The notes beneath the pieces were generated by a model. It did not search any database. It saw nothing but the letters and a program-made list of their open reading frames with translations, and was not told the DNA's origin. Both the position numbers and the translations under genes were made by a program. Source: Anaeramoeba ignava BMAN (taxonomy: Eukaryota; Protista; Anaeramoebae). From it: a stretch of DNA of 47,626 bases. The stretch lies in NCBI GenBank assembly GCA_028826165.1, contig JAPDFW010000050.1, positions 1 to 47,626 on the forward strand, given 5' to 3'. Of the stretch, positions 35,201-47,626 are shown in pieces (within the stretch, counting starts at the first letter, position 1; each line of letters begins with the position of its first letter).

Positions 35201-38200
35201 TCGCAAATATCTTCCCGAATAAACAATGGTTTTTCTTGATTGCTTGTGATTCTTTCCACTAAATCATGCGCAATTTCTATTTTTTCTGAATTTATATACT
35301 CTTTTTCATTTAGTATTAACGTGATTATCATGTTTAATAAAACTAATTTAGCATTTTGATAAATTGTTGGATGCAAATGATCCAAAATTGAAAAAGTTGA
35401 ATGTAAAATAACTGCTAATTTTTCAACCATTTTTTTCCCAACTTCAGGTATCAATTCAGATAAAAATATTATCGGTATTTCTCTTCTATAAATTTCAATT
35501 TCCTCATTTTGCTTCATATTGGATTCAAATTCCTTATCAATTTCATTTTCATTTTTTCTTTTTTAATTTTTTTAATCAATTTTTTTTTTTTAATTTCCAA
35601 TCAATTTTGTTTGTTTGTTTTTAAATTTACTTATTCAAATTCAGTTTCGAAATTTGTTTCTTGTTTTTTTCCAATTCATTTTCTTCATTAAAAATATCAA
35701 TTTCTTGAATAAGTATATCAATAACTTGAGATCCACAATTTCTATAAATATATAAAATGATCCTTTTTGAAATATTAAAATAATTCTCATCTTTTAACTA
35801 ATTCAATAATTAAATATTGGAAGAAAAAAAAAAAAAGAGCATTTTTAGTTGTTTTTTCCTTTTTTGTTCTTTTTTGTTCTTTTACATTTTTGATTCCTTC
35901 TTTAAGTAAATAATCAATTATAAACATTAAATTTTTGGGATTTTTTGCAATTGATCCCCATATATTTTGTATAAAAGTTGAATTATTTCCTTCGATATTT
36001 TTAGTAATTTCAAACAATTTTTCGATAATATTATTAAATTTTTCTTCATTATTTGATATTTCAATTTTTTGGATCCAAGGAATTAAATATCTTAAAATGG
36101 AATCTTTTGCATTCTAAATTTTTTTAATTTTTGAATTTTTTAGTTTTTTGATTTTAAATTTAAATTTAAATTTAAATTTTTTCTACAAACTTGTGCATCA
36201 TGAAAATCTAATAATTTTTCTTCAATTTTCTTTATAATTGTTGTGTATCTAAAACATATTTCTTCAACCATTACAAAAGATAATTCTGGAAATTTTGAAA
36301 CGAATAAATTACTCAAATCAATCTAATCAAAAATATATATTTTTAATTGAATTTGGAATTTGGAATTTTGATTTAATATTTACTTGCATTTTTACTAATG
36401 TTTCATTTGTTGAACATAAATTTGAATGAATAGTTGGGAATTTTCTAACACCTGATTCACCAAAAGTTTTGCTAATAAAAAATTCAAACAATTCAACAAT
36501 ATGCTGACGAACTAATCGATCAGGAGAACCAATTTTTGCTAATATCAAATGAAGAGAAATTGGAATAGGGATTTCAAGATCATTTCGAATAATCATTTCA
36601 GTTAATGCAATGGCAAAAGCAGTAATTGTTTTCTGTGAATTCCCACAAAAAACTTGGTCAATATAAACTGATAAAAGAGCTTTTGAATTGTGTTTAAAAA
36701 AATTTGTGATTGAAATCCTTCCAATAGATTGCACATAATCATTTTCTGATGTTAACAAACTAAAAATCCATTTAAAAATTTCACCATCAAGTTGTTCACA
36801 ATTTTCAGAGAAAAAATCTCCAATTAACAATGATGCCATTGCTTGCAATAATACATATTCAACTGATCTGTTTTCTTCATTAAAAATATTCTTGTGTTTT
36901 TCAATAAATGATTCTTTAATTTTTTCCTCAATAATTTTATTAAATTTTTGCTTCATTTTTTCGTAATTTTCTTGATTTCCAAATCCACAATAATTTCCAA
37001 AAAGTTCAAATAATAAATAACGTTGTTCCTTTTTCAATTCCTTTCTAAAATTGGATAAAACTTGGATATATTTTTGGATTAAAATGGCAACATTATATCT
37101 TAATAATTGCAATCGTGGATTATCGATATTTTCTGCAGATGAAGCATAATCAATAAAGATTTGAATTTTCTCTTCAATCTTCTTGAAGAATTCTGCATTA
37201 TTTTGGAAATATTCTTCTCCAACTCCATTTACAACTGATCTAATAACAGCTAAAATTATTTAAATTTTTAATTTTAAATCAAATTAGATTTTCTTTCATT
37301 TTTCCATTTTACCAAAAATTTGGGAAATTATCCGATTTGTTTGAATAATTCCTTTTGCCTTTTCTTTTTCAAATAAAAGATATTTGAGTATCACATCAAT
37401 TTCTTCCCATAAATCTGGGATTGATTCTTCATTTGTTTGTGAAAGCGCCTAAAAAGAAGTAAATGTAAAAAAATTTTTTAAAAAAATTTCTTCTTAAATA
37501 AACTTGAACTAACCATAACTGCTGATTTTCGAATATCATCAGAATGGCTTTGTAATAATGGAACCAAAAATTGAAATAATGTTTTTGTTAATCCAGTTTG
37601 ATCATCTATTATATTCAATCCATTCCAAAAAAAATAAAAAAAATAATTAATATTCTCATTTTGATATAATTATTTGAATTGAATGAAAATTTTGTGTTCG
37701 TTTTTCAACCTTTTTTTGTTCCAGCAACAGAAGTTGCAAACATTGCATAATTAGTCCAATGAGTAATATAAATATGGAATTCATCTGATGTTTTTGAGAA
37801 TTGAGTACTTTCTGAATTGATACTTAATATTTTGGAAATTGTCTAATTAATTTAGAAGAATATAAATTTGTGTTTGTTTTTTTAATTCAATTTCCTTTTT
37901 TTTTTTTCATTTTGTTTTTCTACTTCTTTAAAAGATAAATATGTGATTTCTGGTGAAATTTTGGCAAGTATTTTGGCTAATCTACAAAAATAAAAAATCC
38001 AAATATCTGAAACTTCAGGATCTGAAATCATCTTATCAATAGAAAAAATAGAATATGATTGATTTGAAATCAACTAAATAATCAATCCAAAAAAAAAAAT
38101 ATTAAGTTGTAAAATTGTGATTTTTTTGTTTTGAGTTGAAAATATGAAATGTACTTCATCAATAGAAGTTATTTTTATTGGATGAATAAGATTTGTAGTA

Positions 38201-41200
38201 ATAACTTCATTCCAACCCTCTTCAAAAATATCAATCACTCTTTGTGTATCAAGGGAATCAATTTCTTATTATTTTTAAATTGGAACAAAAAAGGAAATGA
38301 ATTAAAAAAAAACTTTTTTTTTTTCTTGAATAAGAATCATGTTTTACCATCTTTTTGTAATTGAAGAAATTGAGATGATAAAAAGGAAGATAAATTCCGA
38401 ATTTTTTTGAGAATATTAAAAGATTTGGATCGAACTTTTGGGAATGAATTACAAAGAAAAACTAAAAAAACAGCTTCAATTTGATCGAAGAATTTAGTTT
38501 CAATTTCAACCGTTTCTTTGGAAGAAATTTGTTGCCAAAAATCAAGTAATTCTTCGAATTTCTGAAGAGAATCAAGAATAAAATCTTCTTGATTATCTGG
38601 GATTGTTAAAATATAATTTGCAAATTCTATGCAAATTTTGAATCGATATTTTGGATGATTTTGGATGATTTTTTTGATTGATTCAAACGAATGTTTTGAT
38701 AATTCTGCATCAAGATGTTGAGTGTATTTGCTTAATAAAGTGAATAAATTTTTTGAAAATGGGAAAAAATAAGGAGTGCATTTAATACATTCTGTAAGAA
38801 TTTCAATAGATTTTCTTTTTTCGTTTGGGAATTCATCTAAATTATAAATTTATATATATATAAATTGAATTTATATATATATATATAGATATTAAACTTA
38901 CCAGGAAATCTAGTTTGAACTATTCTTGAAATACCTCCAATTTGTTTATCCAAATCATTCATAGTTTTTTGGATAATAATTTTCAATTCTTGAGAAAAAG
39001 AATGTTGCGAATTAAAAATCATAGTGTCTTGATGATTGATATAATGTTTTTGAGAAATTAAAGCAAGAGACTTGATTCCAATCAAAGTAAACTCCATTTT
39101 ATCATTCAACAAAAAGGACATAACAATCTTATTCATTGAAAAAAATAGATCCCAATTTGAGATGATCAAGATCATTTTGGAGATTGAATTTGAGATTAAA
39201 GGAAGAAATAAATAATAAGGATTCTTTACTGAAAGTGCGATTGTGGAAAAAATAACCAAGGCTCGCTCCATAATTGATTCCACTTGTATATTTGAATATT
39301 TTCCAAATTGAACTTCGAAAAACAAGAGGAAACAACTTATCGATATTTCTTTCCCATGTTTTGAATTGAAAACACGGAACAAAATATCAAGTAGATTTTG
39401 TATGCTTTTGGCAAAAAAATCGGGAGAAGAACAACAATATAATGCAGTTATTAAAGACACAATCTCGTTTGTTTTTGGATTCGGTTTTTTAATTAATGAT
39501 TTTGTTTTTTGGATCAGTTCTTCAAGTTTCTGATCCCAATTCACAAATCGAAGATTTTGTGCTCGTGAAAAAAGTGCCACTTTCTTGAAGGGATTGGATA
39601 TACAACTCAGAAGATCTTTTTGTGCATTTGTTTTTGAATTATTTAAATTTTCTAGAATGATCTCAATAAATTTGCTTGAGTTGTCAATTTTCTCTTGAGA
39701 ATCAAGTTCAAGAATGATGTATTGCAATGGTTTAAACCGTGCTTTTGGTTGTGCGTGTTTTAATTGAGTACGTTGTAGTGTGGCTTGTACGAAAATGGGT
39801 AATTTTGTGCGAGATAAAAGACCAAAAGCATATCCAAAAAAATTTTGAATAAAAGAAATATTTTTATCGAAAAGTGTTTGTTCTGGAATATTTTCTGAAA
39901 CTTCAGATTCTAAACTGTCTAATGTGTTTAATAGTATTGTTGTGAATTGATTTCTTATTAAATGTGGAGGGTTAAATTGGTCTTCTTGTTTTTCGAGTAT
40001 TCTTGCGCAAGCTATTATGAATATTGCTTCTTTAAAGAGCTTTTTTTTTATTAAATTTAATTTGATTTTAAATATTTTTAAATATTTTTAAATATTTTAT
40101 TTGATTTTACCTTGATTTGTTGTTTTTTATTATGATAAATCGAAATATTTTTGCGTTTTTCAGTTTTTTTACTATTGATTTAAAAGAAATTTAAATATTA
40201 AATTTTCAATATTAATTTTAATAATAATTTTCAATATAATTTTTAAATATTGATTTGATAAAAAGACTTTGCAGGAGAAGAAGTTTGTAATTGTTTTGGT
40301 GATTCTTTTTCATTAGAAAGGTCTAAATTAGAAGAATGAGAAGATTGAATTTGAGAATGTTCTTTTTTAAGTGATAAACTTCTCCATTCAATTAAAGCTC
40401 TAATAAGATTAGGTGCACAATTAACAGAAAGCATAGAAAGTGAATAAAGAATAGAACTCAATCCTTGATGATTTTCAAGAGAATTTAATTCGATTATCTC
40501 ATCTTCTCTCTAAATTATTTTCAATTTATAACAAAAATTTATTTAGAAATTTATTTAAAAATTGATTTAGAAATTGATTTAGATTTAAAAATTTATTTAG
40601 AAATTTATTTAGAAATTTATTTATAAATTGATTTAAAAATTGATTTAGAAATTTATTTAAAAATTGATTTAGAAATTGATTTATAAATTGATTTAGAAAT
40701 TTATGTAGAAATTTATTTAGAAATTGATTTAGATTTAGAAATTTATTTAGAAATTTATTTAGAAATTTATTTAAAAATTTATTTAGAAATTGATTTATAA
40801 ATTGATTTAGAAATTTATTTATAAATTTATTTATAAATTGATTTAAAAATTAATTTAGAAATTGATTTAGAAATTGATTTAAAAATTGATTTAAAAATTG
40901 ATTTAGAAATTGATTTAGATTTATAAATTGATTTAGAAATTGATTTAGAAATTTATTTATAAATTTATTTAGAAATTTATTTAGAAATTTATTTAGAAAT
41001 TGATTTAGAAATTGATTTAGAAATTGATTTAAAAATTTATTTAAAAATTTATTTAGAAATTTATTTAAAAATTTATTTAGAAATTTATTTAGAAATTGAT
41101 TTATAAATTGATTTAGAAATTGATTTAGAAATTTATTTAAAAATTGATTTATAAATTGATTTAGAAATTGATTTAGAAATTGATTTAGAAATTGATTTAG

Positions 41201-43081
41201 AAATTGATTTATAAATTGATTTAGAAATTTATTTAGAAATTGATTTAGAAATTGATTTAAAAATTGATTTAGAAATTGATTTAGAAATTTATTTATAAAT
41301 TGATTTATAAATTGATTTAGAAATTGATTTAGAAATTGATTTATAAATTGATATAGAAATTGATTTAGAAATTTATTTAAAAATTTATTTAAAAATTGAT
41401 TTAGAAATTGATTTAGAAATTGATTTAGAAATTGATTTAAAAATTTATTTAAAAATTGATTTAGAAATTGATTTAAAAATTTATTTAAAAATTGATTTAG
41501 AAATTGATTTAAAAATTTATTTAGAAATTGATTTATAAATTTATTTAAAAATTTATTTAGAAATTGATTTAGAAATTGATTTAAAAATTTATTTAGAAAT
41601 TTATTTAGAAATTGATTTAGAAATTGATTTAAAAATTTATTTAGAAATTGATTTAGAAATTGATTTAAAAATTTATTTAGAAATTTATTTATAAATTTAT
41701 TTAGAAATTGATTTAGAAATTGATTTAAAAATTTATTTAAAAATTGATTTAGAAATTGATTTAGAAATTGATTTAAAAATTTATTTAGAAATTGATTTAG
41801 AAATTGATTTAGAAATTGATTTAAAAATTGATTTAGAAATTTATTTAGAAATTGATTTAGAAATTGATTTAAAAATTTATTTAAAAATTTATTTAGAAAT
41901 TTATTTAAAAATTTATTTAGAAATTGATTTAAAAATTTATTTAGAAATTTATTTAAAAATTTATTTAGAAATTGATTTAGAAATTGATTTAAAAATTTAT
42001 TTAGAAATTTATTTATAAATTTATTTAGAAATTGATTTAGAAATTGATTTAGAAATTTATTTAGAAATTTATTTAGAAATTGATTTAGAAATTGATTTAA
42101 AAATTTATTTAGAAATTGATTTAGAAATTGATGTAGAAATTTATTTAGAAATTGATTTAGAAATTGATTTAGAAATTGATTTAAAAATTTATTTAGAAAT
42201 TGATTTAAAAATTTATTTAGAAATTGATTTAGAAATTGATTTAAAAATTTATTTAGAAATTGATTTAGAAATTGATTTATAAATTGATTTAGAAATTGAT
42301 TTATAAATTGATTTAGAAATTTATTTAGAAATTTATTTAGAAATTGATTTAGAAATTGATTTAGAAATTGATTTAAAAATTGATTTAAAAATTTATTTAG
42401 AAATTGATTTAAAAATTGATTTAGAAATTGATTTAGAAATTGATTTAGAAATTGATTTAGAAATTTATTTAGAAATTGATTTAGAAATTGATTTAGAAAT
42501 TGATTTAGAAATTGATTTAGAAATTGATTTAAAAATTTATTTAGAAATTGATTTAAAAATTGATTTAGAAATTGATTTAGAAATTGATTTAGAAATTGAT
42601 TTAAAAATTTATTTAGAAATTGATTTAGAAATTGATTTAGAAATTTATTTAGAAATTGATTTAGAAATTGATTTATAAATTTATTTAGAAATTGATTTAG
42701 AAATTTATTTAAAAATTTATTTAGAAATTGATTTAGAAATTGATTTAAAAATTTATTTAGAAATTTATTTATAAATTTATTTAGAAATTGATTTAGAAAT
42801 TGATTTAGAAATTGATTTAGAAATTGATTTAAAAATTTATTTAGAAATTGATTTAAAAATTGATTTAAAAATTGATTTAGAAATTTATTTAGAAATTTAT
42901 TTAGAAATTGATATAGAAATTGATTTAGAAATTGATTTAGAAATTGATTTAGAAATTGATTTAGAAATTAATTTGCATTTGTTTTTACGGTCATTTCATA
43001 ATTTTCAATAAGAGAATTTGATAATGAACAAAATTGAGAAAATAATTTTTGAATAATTTGATTGGAAAATTCTTTATTCAT
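32250..43081 (-). CDS. FRY: Furry/Tao3/Mor2 (MOR2-PAG1) NDR-kinase scaffold homologue, ~2136 aa; exons 43081-42989, 40509-40268, 40171-40111, 40039-38902, 38836-38348, 38264-38155, 38073-37924, 37842-37710, 37605-37514, 37448-37313, 37249-36384, 36322-36191, 36113-35886, 35797-35631, 35557-34682, 33747-32250
   Basis: Family-like motifs LFSQF, LIRALIEWR, RVIDIF, HWTNY, LQAMASLL, YLIPWIQKIEI, LDHLHPTIYQNAKLVLLN, W...AFKW, ARSHQIYRAL, LFWTTIALLQTD and FDGIQPLILKG. Fifteen GT-AG introns, all phase-compatible (6411 nt spliced). Confidence 0.85.
33760..34678. repeat. Intronic 11-bp (GAATTAAATTT) and 5-bp (GATTT) repeats in the last Furry intron
   Basis: Directly visible. Confidence 0.92.
40535..42968. 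repeat. Intronic 12-bp minisatellite TTA(G/A/T)AAATT(G/T)AT, ~200 units, filling the 2479-nt first Furry intron
   Basis: Directly visible; period 12 is in register with the 60-nt lines. Confidence 0.96.
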
Positions 43082-43252
43082 TTTAAATAATAATAAAAAT
43101 AAAAAAAGAAAAAAAGAAAAAAAATGAATTTTGCTTTTTTTATTATTTAAAAAAAAAAATTTTTTTGAAAAGAAAAGAATTTGGAACAAAAATAAAAAAC
43201 CAAAAAAATTAAGCAAATTATTAACAATTTTTTTTTATGTTATCAATAAAAA

Positions 43253-46200
43253 TTATTTCACTTGCAAATTTTCTTCTTCAAAACTTGTATATTTTGAATC
43301 AAAAATTAAAGATGATTTTGGAGGATTTTTAAATTTAACATGAAATTTCTTAAAATTTGAATCAAAATTTGGATGAGTATTAGTAAGAAAAATAGATAAA
43401 ACAGAAAAAGTTTCTTCAATATTTGAACCAAAATCTTTTGAAAATTCTTGAAAAAGATGAGGAATTAAAATTTGTGATTTTTGTTCATCAATTTCAATTT
43501 GTTCTGAAATGTAACTTTTTGTCATATTTTTTAATTCTTTATCTGAGTTTTCTTTATAAAAAACACGTAAAGGAATTCCCGAATCATCAAATGATCTAAT
43601 TCCAAAATGAATAAAAGGATCCAAATTTATAGTATATTTTATTCTTTTGTCATTTTGCTTGAAATATTGTTTTTCTTTTAATTTTTTATCATGATTTCCA
43701 CGAAGAATTCCATTCAAAATATCATTTAATGAAAATTCCATTCCTTGAATGTTATATTTGTTTTCATTTTGAAATTTTTTTTTGGATGATTTATCTTTTG
43801 GAATTCCTTTAACAATAATAGCATGTAAATATAAACAATTATATATGTTTAAGAAGAATGCTTTTCTTTTTGAAACTGAAGTTATTTCATCAAGATTAAC
43901 CTTTTAGATTTAATTTTTAGATTTAATTTTTTAGATTTAATTTTTAGATTTAAATTTTTGATTTAAATTTTTAGATTTAAATTTTTGATTTAATTTTTAG
44001 ATTTAATTTTGAATTTTGTACATTTTGTAATTCTGATGTTAATACAACAAAACGTCGAAAAGGAATCGAATTGGAAAGTGAATCAATTTCAATTTTAGAA
44101 TTAGAAACTAAAAAGAAATAATTGCAAAAATCTATTAAAATTTGAATTAATAATTCAGAAAGAGAATTTGGATCTCTTGCTTTTCCTTCAAATTTATTTC
44201 CAATATTTAAAACGATATTTTTAGAAGAATGGAAGATTAATTTTGCCTATTTTTTATTAAATTAAATATTTTTTGATTTAAATATTTATTATTTAATTTG
44301 AATATTTATTATTTGATTTAATTTTGATTTAATTTTAATTTAATTTAAATATTATTTAATTAGAATTACATTTTTTATTGAAGATGATCCATTTTTAGAA
44401 AGATATTTTAATTTTTTTAATAAATCTTCATATAAATCAGAATTTTTAAATCCATCATAAGAATTTTGATCCATTAAAATGAAAATAATTTTCTGAGCCT
44501 AAATTAAAGTATTTAGTAAAAAAAAATCATAATTAAAGAATTTGTAAATATTTTGTTTTTTTTTTAAAAAAAAAAAAGAATTACTTCATCAAACATATTT
44601 AATGAAAAATCATTTTGTTCCACTTTATTTGAAATTTCATTTCTTGTTTGTGAATCAATATTGATTTCAAATAAACTTTCGTTTTTCACAAATTTTTCAT
44701 AAATATTTTTAGCTAAATTTTCGATATTCTAAAATGAAATTTTTTGATTTTGATTTTGATTTTGATTTAATTTAGAATTTGATTTTTAATTTGATTTTGA
44801 TTTAATTACCTCTTCTTTAATTTTTTTAAATTCATTAACTTCAAGATAAAACATTAAATTTTCTTGATTATATTGTTGAGTTAAATATTCTTTAAAAAAT
44901 TCAACTGCATATGAATTTTGAAGAACATCTTGTAAAGTAGAAAAATTGATTGAAGATTCTTCATTTATTTTTGGTTTAATTTGAGAAATTCCATTTTCTT
45001 GAATTTCTTGAAAAGATGGAATTCTAATTGCAAGAACTGATTGTCGTCTTGAATTTATAACAAAAATTTAAAAATTAATTTAAAAATTATTTTAAGAATT
45101 AAAATTTATAAGAACATGAAAATACTTTGAAAGTTTTGAAGAATCAGAATTTGGATTATCAAAAACAGTGAATTCTTTCAAATGTTCATTTTCATGAATT
45201 GATAATGGACTTGAATTTAGATTTCTATCAATAGTATTGTTCAGTAAATTTGAATCATCAAACCCAATAGCCTATATATAAAATAAAAATATTTATAAAT
45301 TTAATATATTTAATAAAATATTTATAAATTCAAAATATTTAATAAAATATTTATAAATTCAAAATATTTAATAAAATATTTATAAATTCAAAATATTTAA
45401 TAAAATATTTATAAATTCAAAATATTTAATAAAATATTTAATAAAATATTTATAAATTCAAAATATTTAATAAAATATTTAATAAAATATTTATAAATTT
45501 ACAATAACTTCTGAATCATAACTATCAGACATTTCAGAAACACGATCTTCATTTCCTGTTAAATTTGAATCATTGGGATTATTAGAATCAAAACCATCAG
45601 TAATATTATTATCAGTACTAGAAGTATATTCATGAATACTTCTCTCTTTTAGATATTGATATTCACTCATTAAAGCTCTATTTTCATTATTTTTTTCAGC
45701 AATTTGAAGCCTTAAAGCTGTTTTGCGCTCTTGCATTGATAAGTAAGTATTGGATTCAGAAATTAAATCTCTTTGTTCTTTTTCAAACAAGAGTTTATTG
45801 AGGATTTTGAGCAAATTATTTTTTTCATTATGAAGAAATTGAATAAGAATTTTGTTCTTTTGTTCTCTTTCTTTGTAAAAAAAACCAATTGATTTTTTAA
45901 GTGAATTTAATTGTTGTTGATGTGAATTATTTTTGATTAAAAAACTAGTTAAATTTTGAATAACGTTATTCAATTCTTCTTGTGAAAGTTGATCGTTAAT
46001 TTGTTTGTTTGAAAGTGAAATAACTTGTAAAAAAGAAACATGAGATTCTAATTTTTTGACAGTTGAATGTAAAGTTGAAGTTAAATTTGAATGAAAATTT
46101 GAAATATTATTTGGAACTGAATTTGAATGAGAAATTGAAATTGAAATTGGATTTAAATTAGAATTTAAATTTGAATTTGAAATTGAATTTGAAATTGAAA

Positions 46201-46417
46201 TGGTTGTTTTTTGATTAATTTTTTCTTCAAGTTTCTTTAATTCTAATCGTAAAAAATTTGTTTTATTCGTTGTTTCTTTCAATTTATTTTGAACTTGTTC
46301 GATTTTTTTTTTTAAATCTTGATTTGTTGATTGAACTCTAATTATATTTTGTTTTTGTTGTAAAAGTGTGGCAAATTTTCCTTTTAATTTATAAAAATAT
46401 TGCTTATTTGTTTTCAT
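43253..46417 (-). CDS. Coiled-coil + RGS domain + DUF547 protein, 814 aa; exons 46417-45503, 45271-45126, 45047-44810, 44728-44585, 44498-44370, 44246-44022, 43900-43253
   Basis: The spliced translation gives a full RGS domain (TLQDVLQNSYAVEFFKEYLTQQYNQENLMFYLEVNEFKK...AKNIYEKFV...EINIDSQTRNEI...MFDEAQKIIFILMDQNSYDGFKNSDLY). DUF547 motifs follow (RKAFFLNIYN..YLHA, YNIQGMEFSLNDILNGILRGN, DPFIHF). Confidence 0.87.
45283..45500. repeat. Intronic 29-bp repeat (AATAAAATATTTATAAATTCAAAATATTT) in RGS-gene intron 1
   Basis: Directly visible. Confidence 0.88.
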
Positions 46418-46716
46418 TTTGGAAAAATAATAAAAAGAAAAAGAAAAAAATAAATTTTTTTTTTAATTGAAAAATTAAATTTTTTTTTTGCTTTTTTTTT
46501 ATTTTTTTTAATTTTAATTTTGATTTTTTTGTTTCTTTTTAAAAATATTAAAATAATTCTTTTTGTGGATTAATTTTTAATTGAAATGTTTTTTATTTTA
46601 ATTAAAAAGGAAAAAAAAATTTTTTCTTTTTTTTTTTTTTTTTTTGTTTTTCTCCTTTTATTCTCCATTTTTTTTTTCAATTAAAAATTCTTTTTTCATT
46701 TTTTTTCTTTTTAAAA

Positions 46717-47626
46717 ATGAATGATTGTTTATTTTTTGGTTCAAATCAAAAACCAAAACTTATAAAAAATAAACCAAATGAAATAAAAAAACCAATTCAA
46801 TTTAAATTTGAAAATGAAAATGAAAATGAAAATGAAAAACAAATTAAACAAATTTCATCAAGTTTTTTTTCAATAATTTTCCTTTTTAAAAATGGAAAAG
46901 CAATAGAATATTTAAGAGATTCAAAACAAAATCCTGAAAAAATTCAAATTGAAAATATTCAAAAAGTAACTGTTGGTGCTCTAAATGAAACTATTTTAAC
47001 AATAGAAGGAAATGTATTTGCAAAAGGAATGAATATTAATCCAAAAAATCCATATCAATTTATCAATATTTCATCATTAATTGAAGATACAAATGATAGA
47101 ATAATTGAAGATATTGTTTCTGGATATAATTCAATTTACTTATTAACTTCAAATCATAATGTTTATGGAATTGGTGATAATGAACATGGTCAATTTGGTT
47201 TTGATTCTGTAACACTTAGAAAAACAGAAAAACCAATTTTAATGATGAAAAATGTTTCTAAAATATTTTCAGGAAATTCTTCAAAATATGTTTTTCTTTT
47301 AAATCCAAATCAAGAATTATTTGGATGCGGATATAATTATTCAAGTCAACTTGGATTAGGAGAATCAAGAAGAAATGAAAAAAAAATCCAAAAATTAACC
47401 AAAATCCAAAATATTCCAAAAGGTAAAATAATTGATATTCAATGTGGAACTAATCATTCAATAATGTTGATTGAAGATGAAGAAGAAGATCAAAATCCAA
47501 AAAGAAAACTTTATTCATGTGGATCTTCTGAATATAATGGACTTGGCAAATATGAAAATACTTATCAATTTACTGAAATCAAATCATCTTTATTTGAGAA
47601 TGATAATCATATTGTTGATTTTCTGT
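46717..47626 (+). CDS. RCC1-repeat (+BTB) protein, copy 5, 3'-truncated by window edge
   Basis: Open frame from MNDCLFFGSNQKPKLIKN, collinear with copy 4 to the end of the window. Absent from the ORF track because no stop is reached. Confidence 0.9.
   Translation, partial: MNDCLFFGSNQKPKLIKNKPNEIKKPIQFKFENENENENEKQIKQISSSFFSIIFLFKNGKAIEYLRDSKQNPEKIQIENIQKVTVGALNETILTIEGNVFAKGMNINPKNPYQFINISSLIEDTNDRIIEDIVSGYNSIYLLTSNHNVYGIGDNEHGQFGFDSVTLRKTEKPILMMKNVSKIFSGNSSKYVFLLNPNQELFGCGYNYSSQLGLGESRRNEKKIQKLTKIQNIPKGKIIDIQCGTNHSIMLIEDEEEDQNPKRKLYSCGSSEYNGLGKYENTYQFTEIKSSLFENDNHIVDFL

Noticed and set aside
47450-47626. Window ends cover the same part of the RCC1-BTB gene as positions 1-183, suggesting a circular element
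   Set aside because: The two segments differ strongly (YSQGYRLYNG vs YSCGSSEYNG), so they are different paralogues. Assembly breaks within a repeat family explain it.
1-47626. tRNA/rRNA genes, transposases, inteins, alternative genetic code
   Set aside because: No recognisable motifs by eye, and all reconstructed genes read through with the standard code and end in TAA/TGA. tRNAscan/Infernal/HMM searches would be needed to exclude small RNAs.

Overview
Extremely AT-rich eukaryotic genomic DNA with spliceosomal introns and the standard genetic code. The composition, NQ/EN microsatellite-derived coding tracts and expanded RCC1-BTB genes suggest an anaerobic protist such as Anaeramoeba; this is inference, not verified. 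I reconstructed 12 genes by hand. They are five intronless RCC1-propeller + tandem-BTB paralogues (four in tandem at the left end, one truncated at the right end), a double-domain Rho-like pseudo-GTPase inside that array, an ERdj3-like DnaJ (5 exons), a ~2100-aa RasGEF (5 exons), a divergent beta-tubulin (3 exons), a 196-aa orphan, a cAMP-receptor/GCR1-like GPCR (2 exons), a Furry/Tao3/Mor2 homologue (16 exons) and a coiled-coil-RGS-DUF547 protein (7 exons). There are two main signals. (1) The RCC1-BTB paralogues have a near-identical framework but 2-4-residue hypervariable patches at the same loop positions of every blade, and the patches are shuffled between copies. This looks like a diversified Cullin-3 substrate-receptor repertoire; one copy has also gained a CaaX tail. 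(2) Large introns are filled with gene-specific tandem repeats that are almost AG-free on the sense strand only, and acceptors are often poly-A/AAG and never CAG. All exon coordinates were derived manually and need RNA-seq confirmation.
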